DNA of 64,000 nucleotides from Bacteroidota bacterium (GTDB lineage: Bacteria; Bacteroidota; Bacteroidia; Palsa-965), in contig JAJTEY010000001.1 of NCBI GenBank assembly GCA_021299855.1, positions 29,521 to 93,520 on the forward strand, given 5' to 3'. Positions 19,896-29,825 of this stretch are shown here, piece after piece. The position numbers and the translations under genes are program-made. The notes under the pieces were generated by a model that saw nothing but the letters and a program-made list of their open reading frames with translations, did no database searches and had not been told where the DNA came from. Positions within the stretch are counted from its first letter, which is position 1, and each line of letters opens with the position of its first letter.

Positions 19896-22690
19896 ATGAA
19901 AAAACTTCTACTAGTTGTTAGTTGGTATTGTGTATCCGCGTTGCATGTAAATGCACAAGTTACTAATGACGACTGCTTTGGAGCAACACCACTTGGAACA
20001 TTAGGAACACCTGCACCTTGTCCAAACGGAATTGGCGCAACTTCCACGTTCAACAACTTAACTAACGTAAACTCTGTAACTGAGCAGCCGTATACCACAC
20101 TCATCAATTGTCAGCCCAGCAACAACACGCCAATGGCTTCGCCGGCAACTGACGTTTGGTATTCGTTTGTGAATTCAGGAAACGAAGTGGTTATCACCAT
20201 CAACGGAAACATTGTTCAACCGAACATCGCTATTTATCAGGGAACCTGTAATGGTCTTATTGGTCGCGGATGTGCTATAGGTGGCGGTAATACATTAACA
20301 GCCAATTTCGACCAAATGGTGCCGGGTCAAACGTACTACATTCAAATTAGTGGTGGGTCGCCGACAGATCAAGGCACGTTCAACATGACGTTGCAAAACA
20401 TTAACGATTGCAGTGATTGTTTAACGGCATCGAACTTAACAGTGAATCCCGCACCGGTTAACGGTCAATATCAGGGTGGCACAACAGTTACGTTTTGTTA
20501 TACCATTACACAATGGGAACAACAAAACACCAATTGGCTTCATGCTGTTATTCCAACTTTTGGTAATGGTTGGGATTTAAGCACGCTTACCAATTTGCAG
20601 GGCGCTGCAACCTGTGATGGTGGTCCCGGTGTGTGGCAATGGTTTAACAATGTTAATACTCCAAATGGAAACGGAATTCTGAGTGGTTTCTTTTTCGACG
20701 GAGATATTGTTCAGGGTGGACCAAATGGAAACCCGACTGATAATTTTGGAGACAACTGTGATGGACAAGTGAGCTGGACGTTTTGCTGGACCATTACTGC
20801 AAAGGACTGTCCGCCGGCCAACCAAGGAGATGATCTGGGAATTATCATTGACACCTATGGAGATGGTGAAACAGGAAACTGGACGAACATTGCATGCGTA
20901 AGCGATCCTGTTTATCAGTTCAATGCATCATTATCTTGCTGCGCGCCTCCTCAAATGACGCAGTTAAATATTGCATGCTTTGGACAAAACAGCGGTTCTG
21001 CAACTGCCACTCCTGTGGGTGTCGGTCCCTACGATTTTATTTGGACCGATGCAGGCAATAACGTTATTCAGACTTCAACTAATCAAACAGGTGCAAATAC
21101 GGTTAACAATTTAGGCCCCGGAACATACACGGTTGAAGTAACCGATCAAAACACATTGTGCGTAATACTGTGCAAGGCAGCAATGGTAACTTAACGGCTA
21201 CCACAAGTACAACAGATGAATCGTGTGCAGGAGCATGTGATGGAACAGCAACTGCGACTGCATCCGGTGGAACGGGGCCTTACACCTACTCATGGAATAC
21301 TGTACCGAATCAATTGACACAAACAGCAACAGGATTATGCGCCGGTCAATACATCCTAACTTTTGTAGACGCGAATCAATGTAGTGGTACTGCTACTGTC
21401 ACAATCTCTTCTCCTCCTGCGGTGACTGCTTCTGTTGTTGCGGTTCCTGCTGCAATCTGTATTGGACAGTCGTCTACATTAACAGCAACACCGGGCGGGG
21501 GAAGCGGCACAGGATATACTTACACGTGGAATCCGACAGGAACAGGGACCACACAAAGTGTCACTGTTACACCTGCTCAAACTACACAATACTCAGTAAT
21601 TGTAACGGATGATAATGGTTGTCAATCGTCACCAGCTAACATAACGGTTACATTGTATCCTCCGCTTAACGTTCAGGTTGTTGCTTTGCCTTCGTCCATT
21701 TGTGCAGGTTCTAACAGTACATTAAGTGCGGTTGCCGGTGGTGGAAATGGTGGTCCTTACACATACACCTGGTTACCTGTGGGCACAGGTACAGGAGCTT
21801 CGGTTGTTGTTGCTCCCAACACAACTACTACATACACGGTTACTGTAGATGATGGATGTACTACTCCAACAGCATCAGCAGTGGTTACAGTAACTGTGAA
21901 TCCGAATCCTACTCCAAGCTTTACGGGAACACCGTTATCAGGATGTGCTCCATTATTAACTACATTTACGAATAACACACCGAACAGCGTTTTATGTTCA
22001 TGGGATTTTGGTGACAACACTACTTCCAATAACTGTGGCCCGGTGAATAATTTGTATACAGCTTCCGGTTGTTACGATGTGACATTAACTGTCACTGATA
22101 ACAACGGATGCGTTGGAATAATAATAATGCCGTCGTATGTATGTGCATTCGAAAATGTAGTGGCTGATTTTAGTGCAACTCCACAACCAACAACGATCTT
22201 TAATACGAATCTTACCTTCACTGATCTGTCCGCCGGAAATCCTACTTCGTGGACCTGGTACTTCGATAATTTAGGAACATCTACTGTTCAAAATCCAACA
22301 TTCGATTTCCCGAATGAAATTGCTTCTTGTTACAACGTTATTTTAGAAGCTAATAACGCGAACAATTGTCCGGATAGCGATACGTTGGAAGTTTGTATTG
22401 ATCCTGAATTCATCATCTATTTCCCGAATGCCTTTACACCGAATGGTGACGGTAATAACGATTATTTTATCGGAACAGGATTGGGAATCGTTCAGTATGA
22501 AATGTGGATTTTCGATCGTTGGGGGAACATGATTTATTATACCGACAACATTGCTAAGCCTTGGGATGGAACCGTGCAAGGCAAGAGCGGAGAAATTGTA
22601 CAGATTGACACGTATGTGTGGAGTGCCGTTGTGAAAGATGTATTTAATAAAACGCATAAATATATTGGTCACGTGAATGTGATCAAATAA
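19896..22690 (+). pseudogene. SprB-repeat / PKD-domain adhesin with a T9SS type-B (CHU_C, gliding-motility-associated) C-terminal domain. It is split into two reading frames (19896..21194 and 21158..22690) by a frameshift near 21160.
   Basis: Signal peptide MKKLLLVVSWYCVSALHVNAQ. SprB repeats (C.G..G.ATAT..GG.GPY.Y.W ... G.Y.V.VTD.N.C) lie on both sides of the frame switch and continue across it. A PKD-like segment includes WDFGDNTTSNN. The C-terminus YFPNAFTPNGDGNNDYF...FDRWGNMIYYTDN...WDG is a T9SS type-B CTD. The C-terminal half is paralogous to the gene at 51334..54747. Confidence 0.7.
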
Positions 22691-22708
22691 GACTTACACC
22701 CTGCACTT

Positions 22709-22745
22709 AAGGCTGTGTTGCAGAAATGCACGCAGCCTTTTTTGT
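22709..22745 (+). terminator. probable rho-independent terminator after the adhesin gene
   Basis: aaggctg...cagcctt stem followed by T6. Confidence 0.45.
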
Positions 22746-22792
22746 TGTCGTTAGTCGAAACTAGTACATTTGTTACGCACGAAATTTTGCTT

Positions 22793-23302
22793 ATGAGTCA
22801 CACCGCAACGCTTATCATGAATGCCCGTCAGATTGAACAACGCATCAATCGTTTAGCATGGCAAATCTTGGAACACTGCAATGAAGAAGGCAGCATTGTG
22901 ATTGCAGGCATTGAGAAAAACGGAATTGTGATTGCGGCGCGTATTGCAAAAATTCTGAAGGAAATTTCCCAATTCGATATTGTGGTGTGTTCGGTTAAAC
23001 TCGGCAAAGACGCTCCACTGGAGCAACCTGCGGTAATCAGTATTCCATCGGATCAATTGCGCGATAAAACAGTCATCGTTGTTGATGATGTTTCGAATTC
23101 CGGAAGAACACTGATGTATTCTGTGAAAGCGTTCTTAAATCAACCTGTAAAAGGAATTTTAACTTGCGTATTAGTGGACCGCGATCACACGCGTTTTCCG
23201 GTTAAAACTAATTTCGTTGGCTTATCCTTGGCAACAACCATGCAAGAGCACATTCGTGTTGAATTACCCGAGAATGGTGATGCTTCTGTTTTCCTGGAAT
23301 AA
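22793..23302 (+). CDS. type-I phosphoribosyltransferase-family protein (PyrR-like)
   Basis: PRPP-binding motif IVVDDVSNSGRTL. Overall PyrR-like organisation in about 170 aa. The likely start is the ATG at 22793. Confidence 0.6.
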   Translation: MSHTATLIMNARQIEQRINRLAWQILEHCNEEGSIVIAGIEKNGIVIAARIAKILKEISQFDIVVCSVKLGKDAPLEQPAVISIPSDQLRDKTVIVVDDVSNSGRTLMYSVKAFLNQPVKGILTCVLVDRDHTRFPVKTNFVGLSLATTMQEHIRVELPENGDASVFLE

Positions 23303-23827
23303 TTAAGCTTCCGCTTTTTCGCCCAATACAAACAGGCGAACGAATTCAGCCAACTCAGAGGCTTTTAATCCTTTACCCTTTACTTTGTATTGCGCTTGCA
23401 GATAGAATGTCTCGCGATCTTCTAATGTGTTATGAATCCATTGCCACAATTCTCCGTTATTCAGATCGTTGATTAATGGACGTGATCCGTCTTGTTGTAA
23501 ACGCTCCGTCAAAGCGTCTGTGCTCATCTTAATGTAAAGCGTCACACCCGATTTATTCATTACATCCATGTTATCGAAATAACACGGTGTTCCGCCACCG
23601 CACGCAACAATGATATTGTCTTTCTCAATTACTTCGTGCAGCATCTGTTTTTCCAGATCGCGAAAATGCGCTTCACCTTCAGCGGCAAAAATTGCAGGAA
23701 TGCCTTTACCGGCGCGCGCTTCGATCTCCTGATCCAAATCCACAAATTGCATGTTCATCAACGGCGCCAACTCTCGTCCCAATGTTGATTTTCCGGCTCC
23801 CATAAAGCCTACTAAAAAAATTCTCAT
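23303..23827 (-). CDS. aroK: shikimate kinase
   Basis: Walker A motif GFMGAGKST. AroK-sized (174 aa) with shikimate-kinase core motifs. Confidence 0.85.
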   Translation of the reverse strand: MRIFLVGFMGAGKSTLGRELAPLMNMQFVDLDQEIEARAGKGIPAIFAAEGEAHFRDLEKQMLHEVIEKDNIIVACGGGTPCYFDNMDVMNKSGVTLYIKMSTDALTERLQQDGSRPLINDLNNGELWQWIHNTLEDRETFYLQAQYKVKGKGLKASELAEFVRLFVLGEKAEA

Positions 23828-23834
23828 ACTTGAT

Positions 23835-24236
23835 TTAATTTATGCTTAGCAAGGTAAGACTATCCGGCAAAACTACGCTATAATTGAGACAAACCATATT
23901 GCCTTGCACAAAATACATATCAACCATTGCGGCATCTGAAGTAATTCGCTTTTCGCCCCAATCTTCTTTCTCTTCCTGAAAATCGTCGAAACCATTTTTA
24001 CGAAACAATTCCATGGCGGCACCTTCTGTCCATGGTCCGATAGCCTGCCCCCACAAAGAAGCATCTGCACCGCTGTCAATTTCTACACAGCAGAAGCGTT
24101 TCATTAAGTCGATTTCGAAAAACAAAGTGAATCCGCGTTGCCAATAATGCCATACGAGTGAGGAACTGTCAACACCTTCCAGTGTTTCGGCTTCTTCCGG
24201 CGGACCCATTGATTCCTCCATTTTTTCGGGAAGCAT
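23835..24236 (-). CDS. hypothetical acidic protein, apparently co-transcribed with aroK
   Basis: 133-aa ORF ending 7 nt before the aroK start. No recognisable family. Confidence 0.4.
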   Translation of the reverse strand: MLPEKMEESMGPPEEAETLEGVDSSSLVWHYWQRGFTLFFEIDLMKRFCCVEIDSGADASLWGQAIGPWTEGAAMELFRKNGFDDFQEEKEDWGEKRITSDAAMVDMYFVQGNMVCLNYSVVLPDSLTLLSIN

Positions 24237-24366
24237 CCGGGATTATTATTCCTGCTGAAAGTCGGATTAACTGTTTTTCAACAGATTATAAAAAAGTTAA
24301 TAAATCTATTTGCAGGGTAAAATCATGCTGTTATCTTTGCACCCGCATTCATTAAGAGTGGAATTT

Positions 24367-24439
24367 GATTCCGTAGCTCAGCTGGTAGAGCATTACACTT
24401 TTAATGTAAGGGCCCTGGGTTCGAATCCCAGCGGGATCA
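24367..24439 (+). tRNA. tRNA-Lys (anticodon TTT)
   Basis: Cloverleaf: acceptor GATTCCG/CGGGATC, D-arm GCTC-AGCTGGTA-GAGC, anticodon arm TTACA-CTTTTAA-TGTAA, T-arm CTGGG-TTCGAAT-CCCAG, discriminator A. No encoded CCA. Confidence 0.9.
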
Positions 24440-24598
24440 CGATTAGGATCGCATAATAGCGATCCTTTTTGCATTTATGTGGCTAGGATTCTTGTACGCT
24501 TCGCTACACATCAATCGCTAAAATTGTCCACCAGAAAATTTCTTTACGCTCTTTCTCCCAGCGGGATCACGATTAGGATCGCATAATAGCGATCCTTT
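24426..24598 (+). repeat. direct duplication of the tRNA-Lys 3-prime end plus terminator. 53 bp are identical at 24426..24478 and 24546..24598. The flanking ~35-bp segments are also related, so this is a degenerate tandem unit of about 120 bp.
   Basis: Exact match of tcccagcgggatcacgattaggatcgcataatagcgatcctttttgcatttat. The downstream segments tacgcttcgctacacatcaatcgctaaaattgtc and tacgctgtgcttcacatcattccctaaaatgtcg are about 75% identical. Confidence 0.85.
24445..24472 (+). terminator. rho-independent terminator immediately after tRNA-Lys
   Basis: aggatcgc-ataata-gcgatcct perfect 8-bp stem followed by TTTTTG. Confidence 0.75.
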
Positions 24599-24745
24599 TT
24601 GCATTTATAACGCCTGCCCCGATGCTTGGGGACTTTTACGCTGTGCTTCACATCATTCCCTAAAATGTCGAAGCGGTAACGATACAGCATTCAAATAATT
24701 TGAATTCACACACGAATCGAGTAATTATTTCCCGAAATTCATATC

Positions 24746-25429
24746 ATGAAATATGCCGTTGCTTTATTGGGAATAATCATATTAATCGCTTGTGGAGAAG
24801 AACAAACCACCAATGATGCTAAGGTGCAAGTGCAATTGGATTCTATCAACCAACAACTATTGGCATTACGCGAACAATTAAAAAGTAATGACAATATAAA
24901 TGATACTAATGCATTAAAGGACAGCAGCGAAATTCCCGATGTTCCACTACCACCGCCTCCTCCGTCACCATTAACCGATGATCGAAAAAAAAACACTGCA
25001 CCATCACCTGTTGTTGGCGAGTCTGAAACAGCGGTATATTACTACACCGGATCCAAAAAGAAATCGGTCGAAATATCACCTTGGGTTGATGGCAAGCGTA
25101 CCATTACGTTATATGATCCATTCGGAAAAGTTTCCTATATCTTCTCTGATAGAAATCTAAGTTATAGTATCACCACCCGACTGGTAACATTTCATTCCAA
25201 CGGTGCTGTGCAAAAAGCTGTTGTGCACAATAATCCCGGGGCAAGCATTTCGTGGAGTGAGTCACAAATAACTTTCAGTATCAATAATGAACCGGAGTGG
25301 AAAGAAGTGACGACGTATCCCGTAGAATTGACCATCGACGGCAACCCCAAGTATTACTGGGATAAAAAACAACAGAATTGGGTGAAGCAGGAAGTCCTAC
25401 ACGAGCAACCGGTTCCACAACCCGGGTAA
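24746..25429 (+). CDS. hypothetical lipoprotein with a proline-rich linker
   Basis: Lipobox-like LLGIIILIACGEE. The PLPPPPPSPL linker. 227 aa. Confidence 0.55.
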   Translation: MKYAVALLGIIILIACGEEQTTNDAKVQVQLDSINQQLLALREQLKSNDNINDTNALKDSSEIPDVPLPPPPPSPLTDDRKKNTAPSPVVGESETAVYYYTGSKKKSVEISPWVDGKRTITLYDPFGKVSYIFSDRNLSYSITTRLVTFHSNGAVQKAVVHNNPGASISWSESQITFSINNEPEWKEVTTYPVELTIDGNPKYYWDKKQQNWVKQEVLHEQPVPQPG

Positions 25430-25431
25430 CA

Positions 25432-26457
25432 TTATTTCCCCAATTCTTCCAATGCCAATGCTGCATTGGTGTACTGAGGATCTACCTCCAACGCTTTTCG
25501 ATAATCGGCTTCTGCGTTGGTAACATCTCCTTTGCGCTGATAACAATATCCGCGACCGTAATAACCACGTGGCGACTTCGGATCGGCGTTGATAGCTGCA
25601 GCGAAATACTCCATGCCTTTGGTCACCATCTTCGGGTCAGAACCCAGTTTAACCGCATGCAACATGCCCAAATTAAAATTTGCATCGAAATGTTCCGGAT
25701 TAATTTTTAATAGTCGTGTGTACGCATCCAATGCAGCATTCAACTCATTAACGCTCTGAAAAAAAATACCCAAATTGTATAAAGCTTCTTCACTATTCGG
25801 ATTTACACGCAACGCATTTTGATAATACTGCGCTGCTAAAGGATCATTCTTTGCTGCAAACAATAAACCCAATTGAATGTACGCACTGTAATAATCGGGC
25901 TCCTGTTCTACTGCGGTTTGCATACTTGAAATGGCTTTTGTGGTGTCTCCGAGTTCTTTAAACATCATGCCCTTCATAAAGTACGCCTGAGCATTGTGAA
26001 CATCTTGCAGCAACACTTCATCCAGTAGTTTCACTTCCTCCTCAAATCGTTTCATGTAATGGTGCAACTGCGCTAAGCGAAGTTTACAGTCCACATTTTT
26101 CGGATCAACCTGCACTGCTTTTTTCAGCAAAATTTCGGTCTTCGAAACTTTACCTACGAAAAAATTCACGTCTGCTGCGGTCAACAACCAAACGCTTTTG
26201 GTACTATCGAGTTGAATAATGCGATCCATATCATTGATGGCTGCCTCATAATTTTTCGCGCCCAGATGCAATCGCGCACGGGTATGATACAATTCCAGAT
26301 TGTTCGGATCAGCAAGAATTTTTTGATTGATCGTAGTAAGCGTCTGCGCGGAATCCTTAAGAGAATCATTTTTTCCAGGCTCCGAAGAACCATTTCCGCA
26401 AGAAGAAAATCCTAAGAGAATTCCTGTCAACAGCGTTATTTGCACCAATTTCATCAT
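25432..26457 (-). CDS. tetratricopeptide-repeat (TPR) lipoprotein
   Basis: Signal peptide with lipobox MMKLVQITLLTGILLGFSSCGNG. Several 34-aa TPR units (A..Y..G..y...g.y..A...y..AL...P). Confidence 0.75.
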   Translation of the reverse strand: MMKLVQITLLTGILLGFSSCGNGSSEPGKNDSLKDSAQTLTTINQKILADPNNLELYHTRARLHLGAKNYEAAINDMDRIIQLDSTKSVWLLTAADVNFFVGKVSKTEILLKKAVQVDPKNVDCKLRLAQLHHYMKRFEEEVKLLDEVLLQDVHNAQAYFMKGMMFKELGDTTKAISSMQTAVEQEPDYYSAYIQLGLLFAAKNDPLAAQYYQNALRVNPNSEEALYNLGIFFQSVNELNAALDAYTRLLKINPEHFDANFNLGMLHAVKLGSDPKMVTKGMEYFAAAINADPKSPRGYYGRGYCYQRKGDVTNAEADYRKALEVDPQYTNAALALEELGK

Positions 26458-26692
26458 AGCTCAAAATAAAAAACATCCCGAAGTTACACATAAGTTGTGC
26501 AACAAACGGGATGTTAGATGTTGTCGTTAAACGACAGATTTGTAGAAATGTTTCAATTCTCAAAAGACCGGGCAACACTTCACGTCAGCTCATCTTTTCT
26601 TCTGAACCGAAATCAATTATTCAGACTGTACACCAATCACTAAGAACAACTGCATCGCTGCGCAGCAAAATTCCGGCTGCGAAATACTGCAA

Positions 26693-27727
26693 TTATTCCG
26701 CCTCCACTACTGCGTCAGCGCTTGCAGCAGTGAGCGTTTCACGAATTTGTGCTTCAATTTGATCCATCAATTCCGGATTGTCATGGAATAATTGCTTCAC
26801 CGCGTCACGACCTTGTCCGAGTTTAGTGTCTTCATAACTGAACCACGATCCGCTCTTCTTGATAATGCCGTGCTCTACACCCAAATCAATAATTTCACCC
26901 ACGCGGGAAATTCCTTCACCGAATAAAATGTCGAACTCAGCAGTGCGGAACGGAGGCGCTACTTTGTTCTTGACAATTTTCACACGAGTGCGGTTACCCG
27001 TTGCTGTTTCACCGTCCTTAATTTGTCCGGCACGGCGAATATCCAAACGCACAGAAGCATAAAACTTCAAGGCATTACCGCCGGTAGTTGTTTCCGGATT
27101 CCCAAACATCACACCGATTTTCTCACGCAACTGGTTAATGAAAACGCAGCAGCATCCGGTTTTGCTGATGGTAGCCGTCAACTTACGCAATGCCTGAGAC
27201 ATCAAACGAGCCTGTAAACCCATTTTCGACTCGCCCATTTCACCTTCAATTTCTGCTTTCGGTGTTAATGCTGCAACGGAGTCAATTACAATAATATCAA
27301 TAGCTCCTGAACGAATAAGATTATCAGCAATTTCCAACGCCTGCTCACCGTTATCGGGTTGAGAGATCAACAAACTATCGGTATCCACACCCAAACGTTG
27401 TGCATAGAAGCGATCGAATGCATGTTCTGCGTCGATGATAGCGGCAATACCACCCTGACGCTGAACTTCGGCAATGGCATGAATAGCCAATGTTGTTTTA
27501 CCTGACGATTCCGGACCGTAAATTTCAATAATACGTCCTTTAGGATAACCACCAATTCCAAGTGCAATGTCCAAAGTCAATGAACCGGAAGGGATGGCCT
27601 CCATTTGTTCCACCGGATTATCGCCTAACTTCATTATGGTACCTTTACCATAAGTTTTCTCCAGTTTGTCAATGGTTAATTGCAATGCCTTTAACTTTTC
27701 CTTGTTTACTTCTTTTTCTTTGCTCAT
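26693..27727 (-). CDS. recA: recombinase RecA
   Basis: Walker [10 protein letters not shown]. Classic RecA core ([46 protein letters not shown]). Confidence 0.95.
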   Translation of the reverse strand: MSKEKEVNKEKLKALQLTIDKLEKTYGKGTIMKLGDNPVEQMEAIPSGSLTLDIALGIGGYPKGRIIEIYGPESSGKTTLAIHAIAEVQRQGGIAAIIDAEHAFDRFYAQRLGVDTDSLLISQPDNGEQALEIADNLIRSGAIDIIVIDSVAALTPKAEIEGEMGESKMGLQARLMSQALRKLTATISKTGCCCVFINQLREKIGVMFGNPETTTGGNALKFYASVRLDIRRAGQIKDGETATGNRTRVKIVKNKVAPPFRTAEFDILFGEGISRVGEIIDLGVEHGIIKKSGSWFSYEDTKLGQGRDAVKQLFHDNPELMDQIEAQIRETLTAASADAVVEAE

Positions 27728-28121
27728 GACTTAAAAATTAAAATGGTTAACTAATAAAAACGAATGTAGCAAGAACAGTAAGCGCGAATCAAGTGATGTT
27801 TATAACTACGCACTCTGATGTTGATTACTTACATTCGATCCGGACTACATTGTCAGGACGGTACAAAGTTGAACTACGAGAATGTAATCTATTTACAATC
27901 TGCAGAACGGTGTAAAAATAATTTGGTGTTTTGGATGGTTTGGCTAAGAATGTTAGTTTTTTGAAAACGGTAGATTCTGGCGATTTACCGTATTCGGGAA
28001 GAACGATTGCCTGCAATGTGCGCTGTGAATAGACACCGGACATAAGATATTTTATTGCGATGCTACTTAAGATTGGAGATTACTTTAAATGTTTCAAAAA
28101 ATCACTTTGGATATGCAGCAA

Positions 28122-28154
28122 TGAAAAACGGTCTACGATTTAAATCGTAGACCG
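28122..28154 (-). terminator. rho-independent terminator on the minus strand, probably terminating the bcp fusion gene
   Basis: 12-bp perfect palindrome cggtctacgattt/aaatcgtagaccg. The minus-strand reading is followed by TTTTTC. Confidence 0.5.
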
Positions 28155-28287
28155 AGAATGGAATAAAAGGTATTACTTGAAAAGACAGTGTATCATTTGA
28201 AGTACATATTAGGTGAACTGATCGTATACGTAAGTATTGTTATTGACAACAACCACACTCAACAATCCAACGTTCAATAACCCAACC

Positions 28288-29004
28288 CTATTTCTTCAAA
28301 ATCTGATCGGCGTGGTTTTTCGTATCAACCGCTGTAATGACTTCGTCGATAATGCCTTTTTCGCTGATAACAAACGTGGTGCGAATGAGTCCGTCGAAAA
28401 TGCGACCCATGAATTGTTTCTTACCCCACACATCGTAAGCCTTAATAACCTCGTGTTTCGTGTCGGCCAATAACGGAAACGGCAAGTTGTACTTTTTAGC
28501 AAACTTGGCGTGCGATTTGGCATCATCGGCACTTACACCAACCACTTCGTATCCGGCCTTTTGCATGAACGTATAGTTATCGCGCAAACTGCATGCTTCC
28601 GCAGTACAACCAGGCGTATCGTCTTTCGGATAAAAATACAACACCACTTTTTTACCGGCCAGTTGCGCTAACGAAACTTCCTTTCCGTCTTGCGTTTGTC
28701 CTTTAAATGCCGGAGCAGGAACACCTGCCTTGAGTTTTGTACTGTGTGCTTTAAATGTTGCTTTTGCCGGCGCCGACTTCTTGGGCGCTGACTTCTTTAC
28801 TGCTGCTTTGGCAGCAGCTTTTTTAACCGGCTTTTTAACCGCGGTTACTTTTACAGCCGCTTTCTTGGCGGGCTTCGCGGCTTTCTTGGCTCCCGATAGC
28901 AATCGAGATGATTTTGAGGCAGATGTTGATGCTTTTCCGGTCGCTTTTTTAGCAGGTGCTTTACGCACAACTTTTGACTTTGCAGTCGCTTTTTTCTTTG
29001 CCAT
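28288..29004 (-). CDS. bcp: peroxiredoxin Bcp (thiol peroxidase, bacterioferritin-comigratory protein) with a ~95-aa histone-H1-like Lys/Ala/Pro-rich N-terminal extension
   Basis: C-terminal 145 aa: LKAGVPAPAFKGQTQDGKEVSL...VLYFYPKDDTPGCTAEAC, with the peroxidatic Cys in the TPGCT motif. N-terminus: MAKKKATAKSKVVRKAPAKKATGK...AAKPAKKAAVKVTAVKKPVKKAAAKAAVKK. There is no alternative start codon between the ATG and the Bcp core. Confidence 0.8.
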   Translation of the reverse strand: MAKKKATAKSKVVRKAPAKKATGKASTSASKSSRLLSGAKKAAKPAKKAAVKVTAVKKPVKKAAAKAAVKKSAPKKSAPAKATFKAHSTKLKAGVPAPAFKGQTQDGKEVSLAQLAGKKVVLYFYPKDDTPGCTAEACSLRDNYTFMQKAGYEVVGVSADDAKSHAKFAKKYNLPFPLLADTKHEVIKAYDVWGKKQFMGRIFDGLIRTTFVISEKGIIDEVITAVDTKNHADQILKK

Positions 29005-29062
29005 AACTGGTTTTAGTTTTAAAACACGCGATTGTTATAATTGTTCACGTGTCGGATATTTT

Positions 29063-29779
29063 TTAAAAATTCAAATAGTAGTCCTTCGTTAACTCTTTGT
29101 ACTCGTCGGTGTACTTGTGTCTCCCGTCTTGTTCTATGATGAGCGTGCTTTCCGAAACCTGCGCTTTGGCGGTTGCCGAGAATTGCATGAGCAAACGCTT
29201 TTCGGCTTTGTCCGGCGTGGTTTTTACTTTCGTCAGGCGCGTAATGAACAAACCATAACGCCCCGCCAATTCCTGGAATGCAATACCTTCTTTGGCGGGC
29301 AATATGACGCAAAACTTGCCCTCTTTGCTTAACAGCAGTGCAGCGCCGCGAATCAATTCTTCATAAGGCAAATACACCGCATGTCGGGCTGCAGTGCGCG
29401 GCGCATCGCCGGCAGGTAATGAATCAACAAAGTATGGAGGATTGCTGACGATTAACTCGTAGCGGTGTTCGGTGCTGTTTTGAAACTCTTGCAGGGATTG
29501 ATGCATGACATGAACGCGCTCCTTCCATGGCGACTGACTCACGTTGAATGCAGCTTCCTCCGCGGCTTCGGCATCAATTTCAATGGCGTCAATTTCAGCA
29601 CCGCTTTTTTGCGCGAGCATTAACGCAATAACGCCTGTGCCGGTACCAATATCCAACGCGCGACGTACACCGTACGTTTTCACCCAGGCACCCAGCAACA
29701 CCGCATCGGTACCCACTTTCATAGCGCAGCGGTCCTGACGAATGATAAACTGTTTAAAAGCAAAGGTGTTGGAGGACAT
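29063..29779 (-). CDS. tRNA1(Val) (adenine37-N6)-methyltransferase-like SAM-dependent methyltransferase (TrmN6/YfiC family)
   Basis: SAM motif LDIGTGTGVIALMLAQ. Catalytic NPPY (LIVSNPPYF). The likely start is the ATG at 29779. Confidence 0.7.
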   Translation of the reverse strand: MSSNTFAFKQFIIRQDRCAMKVGTDAVLLGAWVKTYGVRRALDIGTGTGVIALMLAQKSGAEIDAIEIDAEAAEEAAFNVSQSPWKERVHVMHQSLQEFQNSTEHRYELIVSNPPYFVDSLPAGDAPRTAARHAVYLPYEELIRGAALLLSKEGKFCVILPAKEGIAFQELAGRYGLFITRLTKVKTTPDKAEKRLLMQFSATAKAQVSESTLIIEQDGRHKYTDEYKELTKDYYLNF

Positions 29780-29825
29780 AATGGCACCGTTAATTCGCAA
29801 CGTATGTGTAAGTTACGAAAACTTC

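Noticed and set aside
21141-21200. Possible programmed ribosomal frameshift joining the two adhesin reading frames
   Set aside because: There is no slippery heptamer, homopolymer or downstream structure at the junction. A mutation or sequencing error is more parsimonious.
24426-24598. CRISPR-like repeat
   Set aside because: There are only two copies, each contains the tRNA 3-prime end and a terminator, and there are no cas genes.
28730-29092. 120-aa plus-strand ORF opposite the bcp K/A-rich tail
   Set aside because: It is a mirror image of the low-complexity GCN/AAR codon run. The bcp frame has clear homology.
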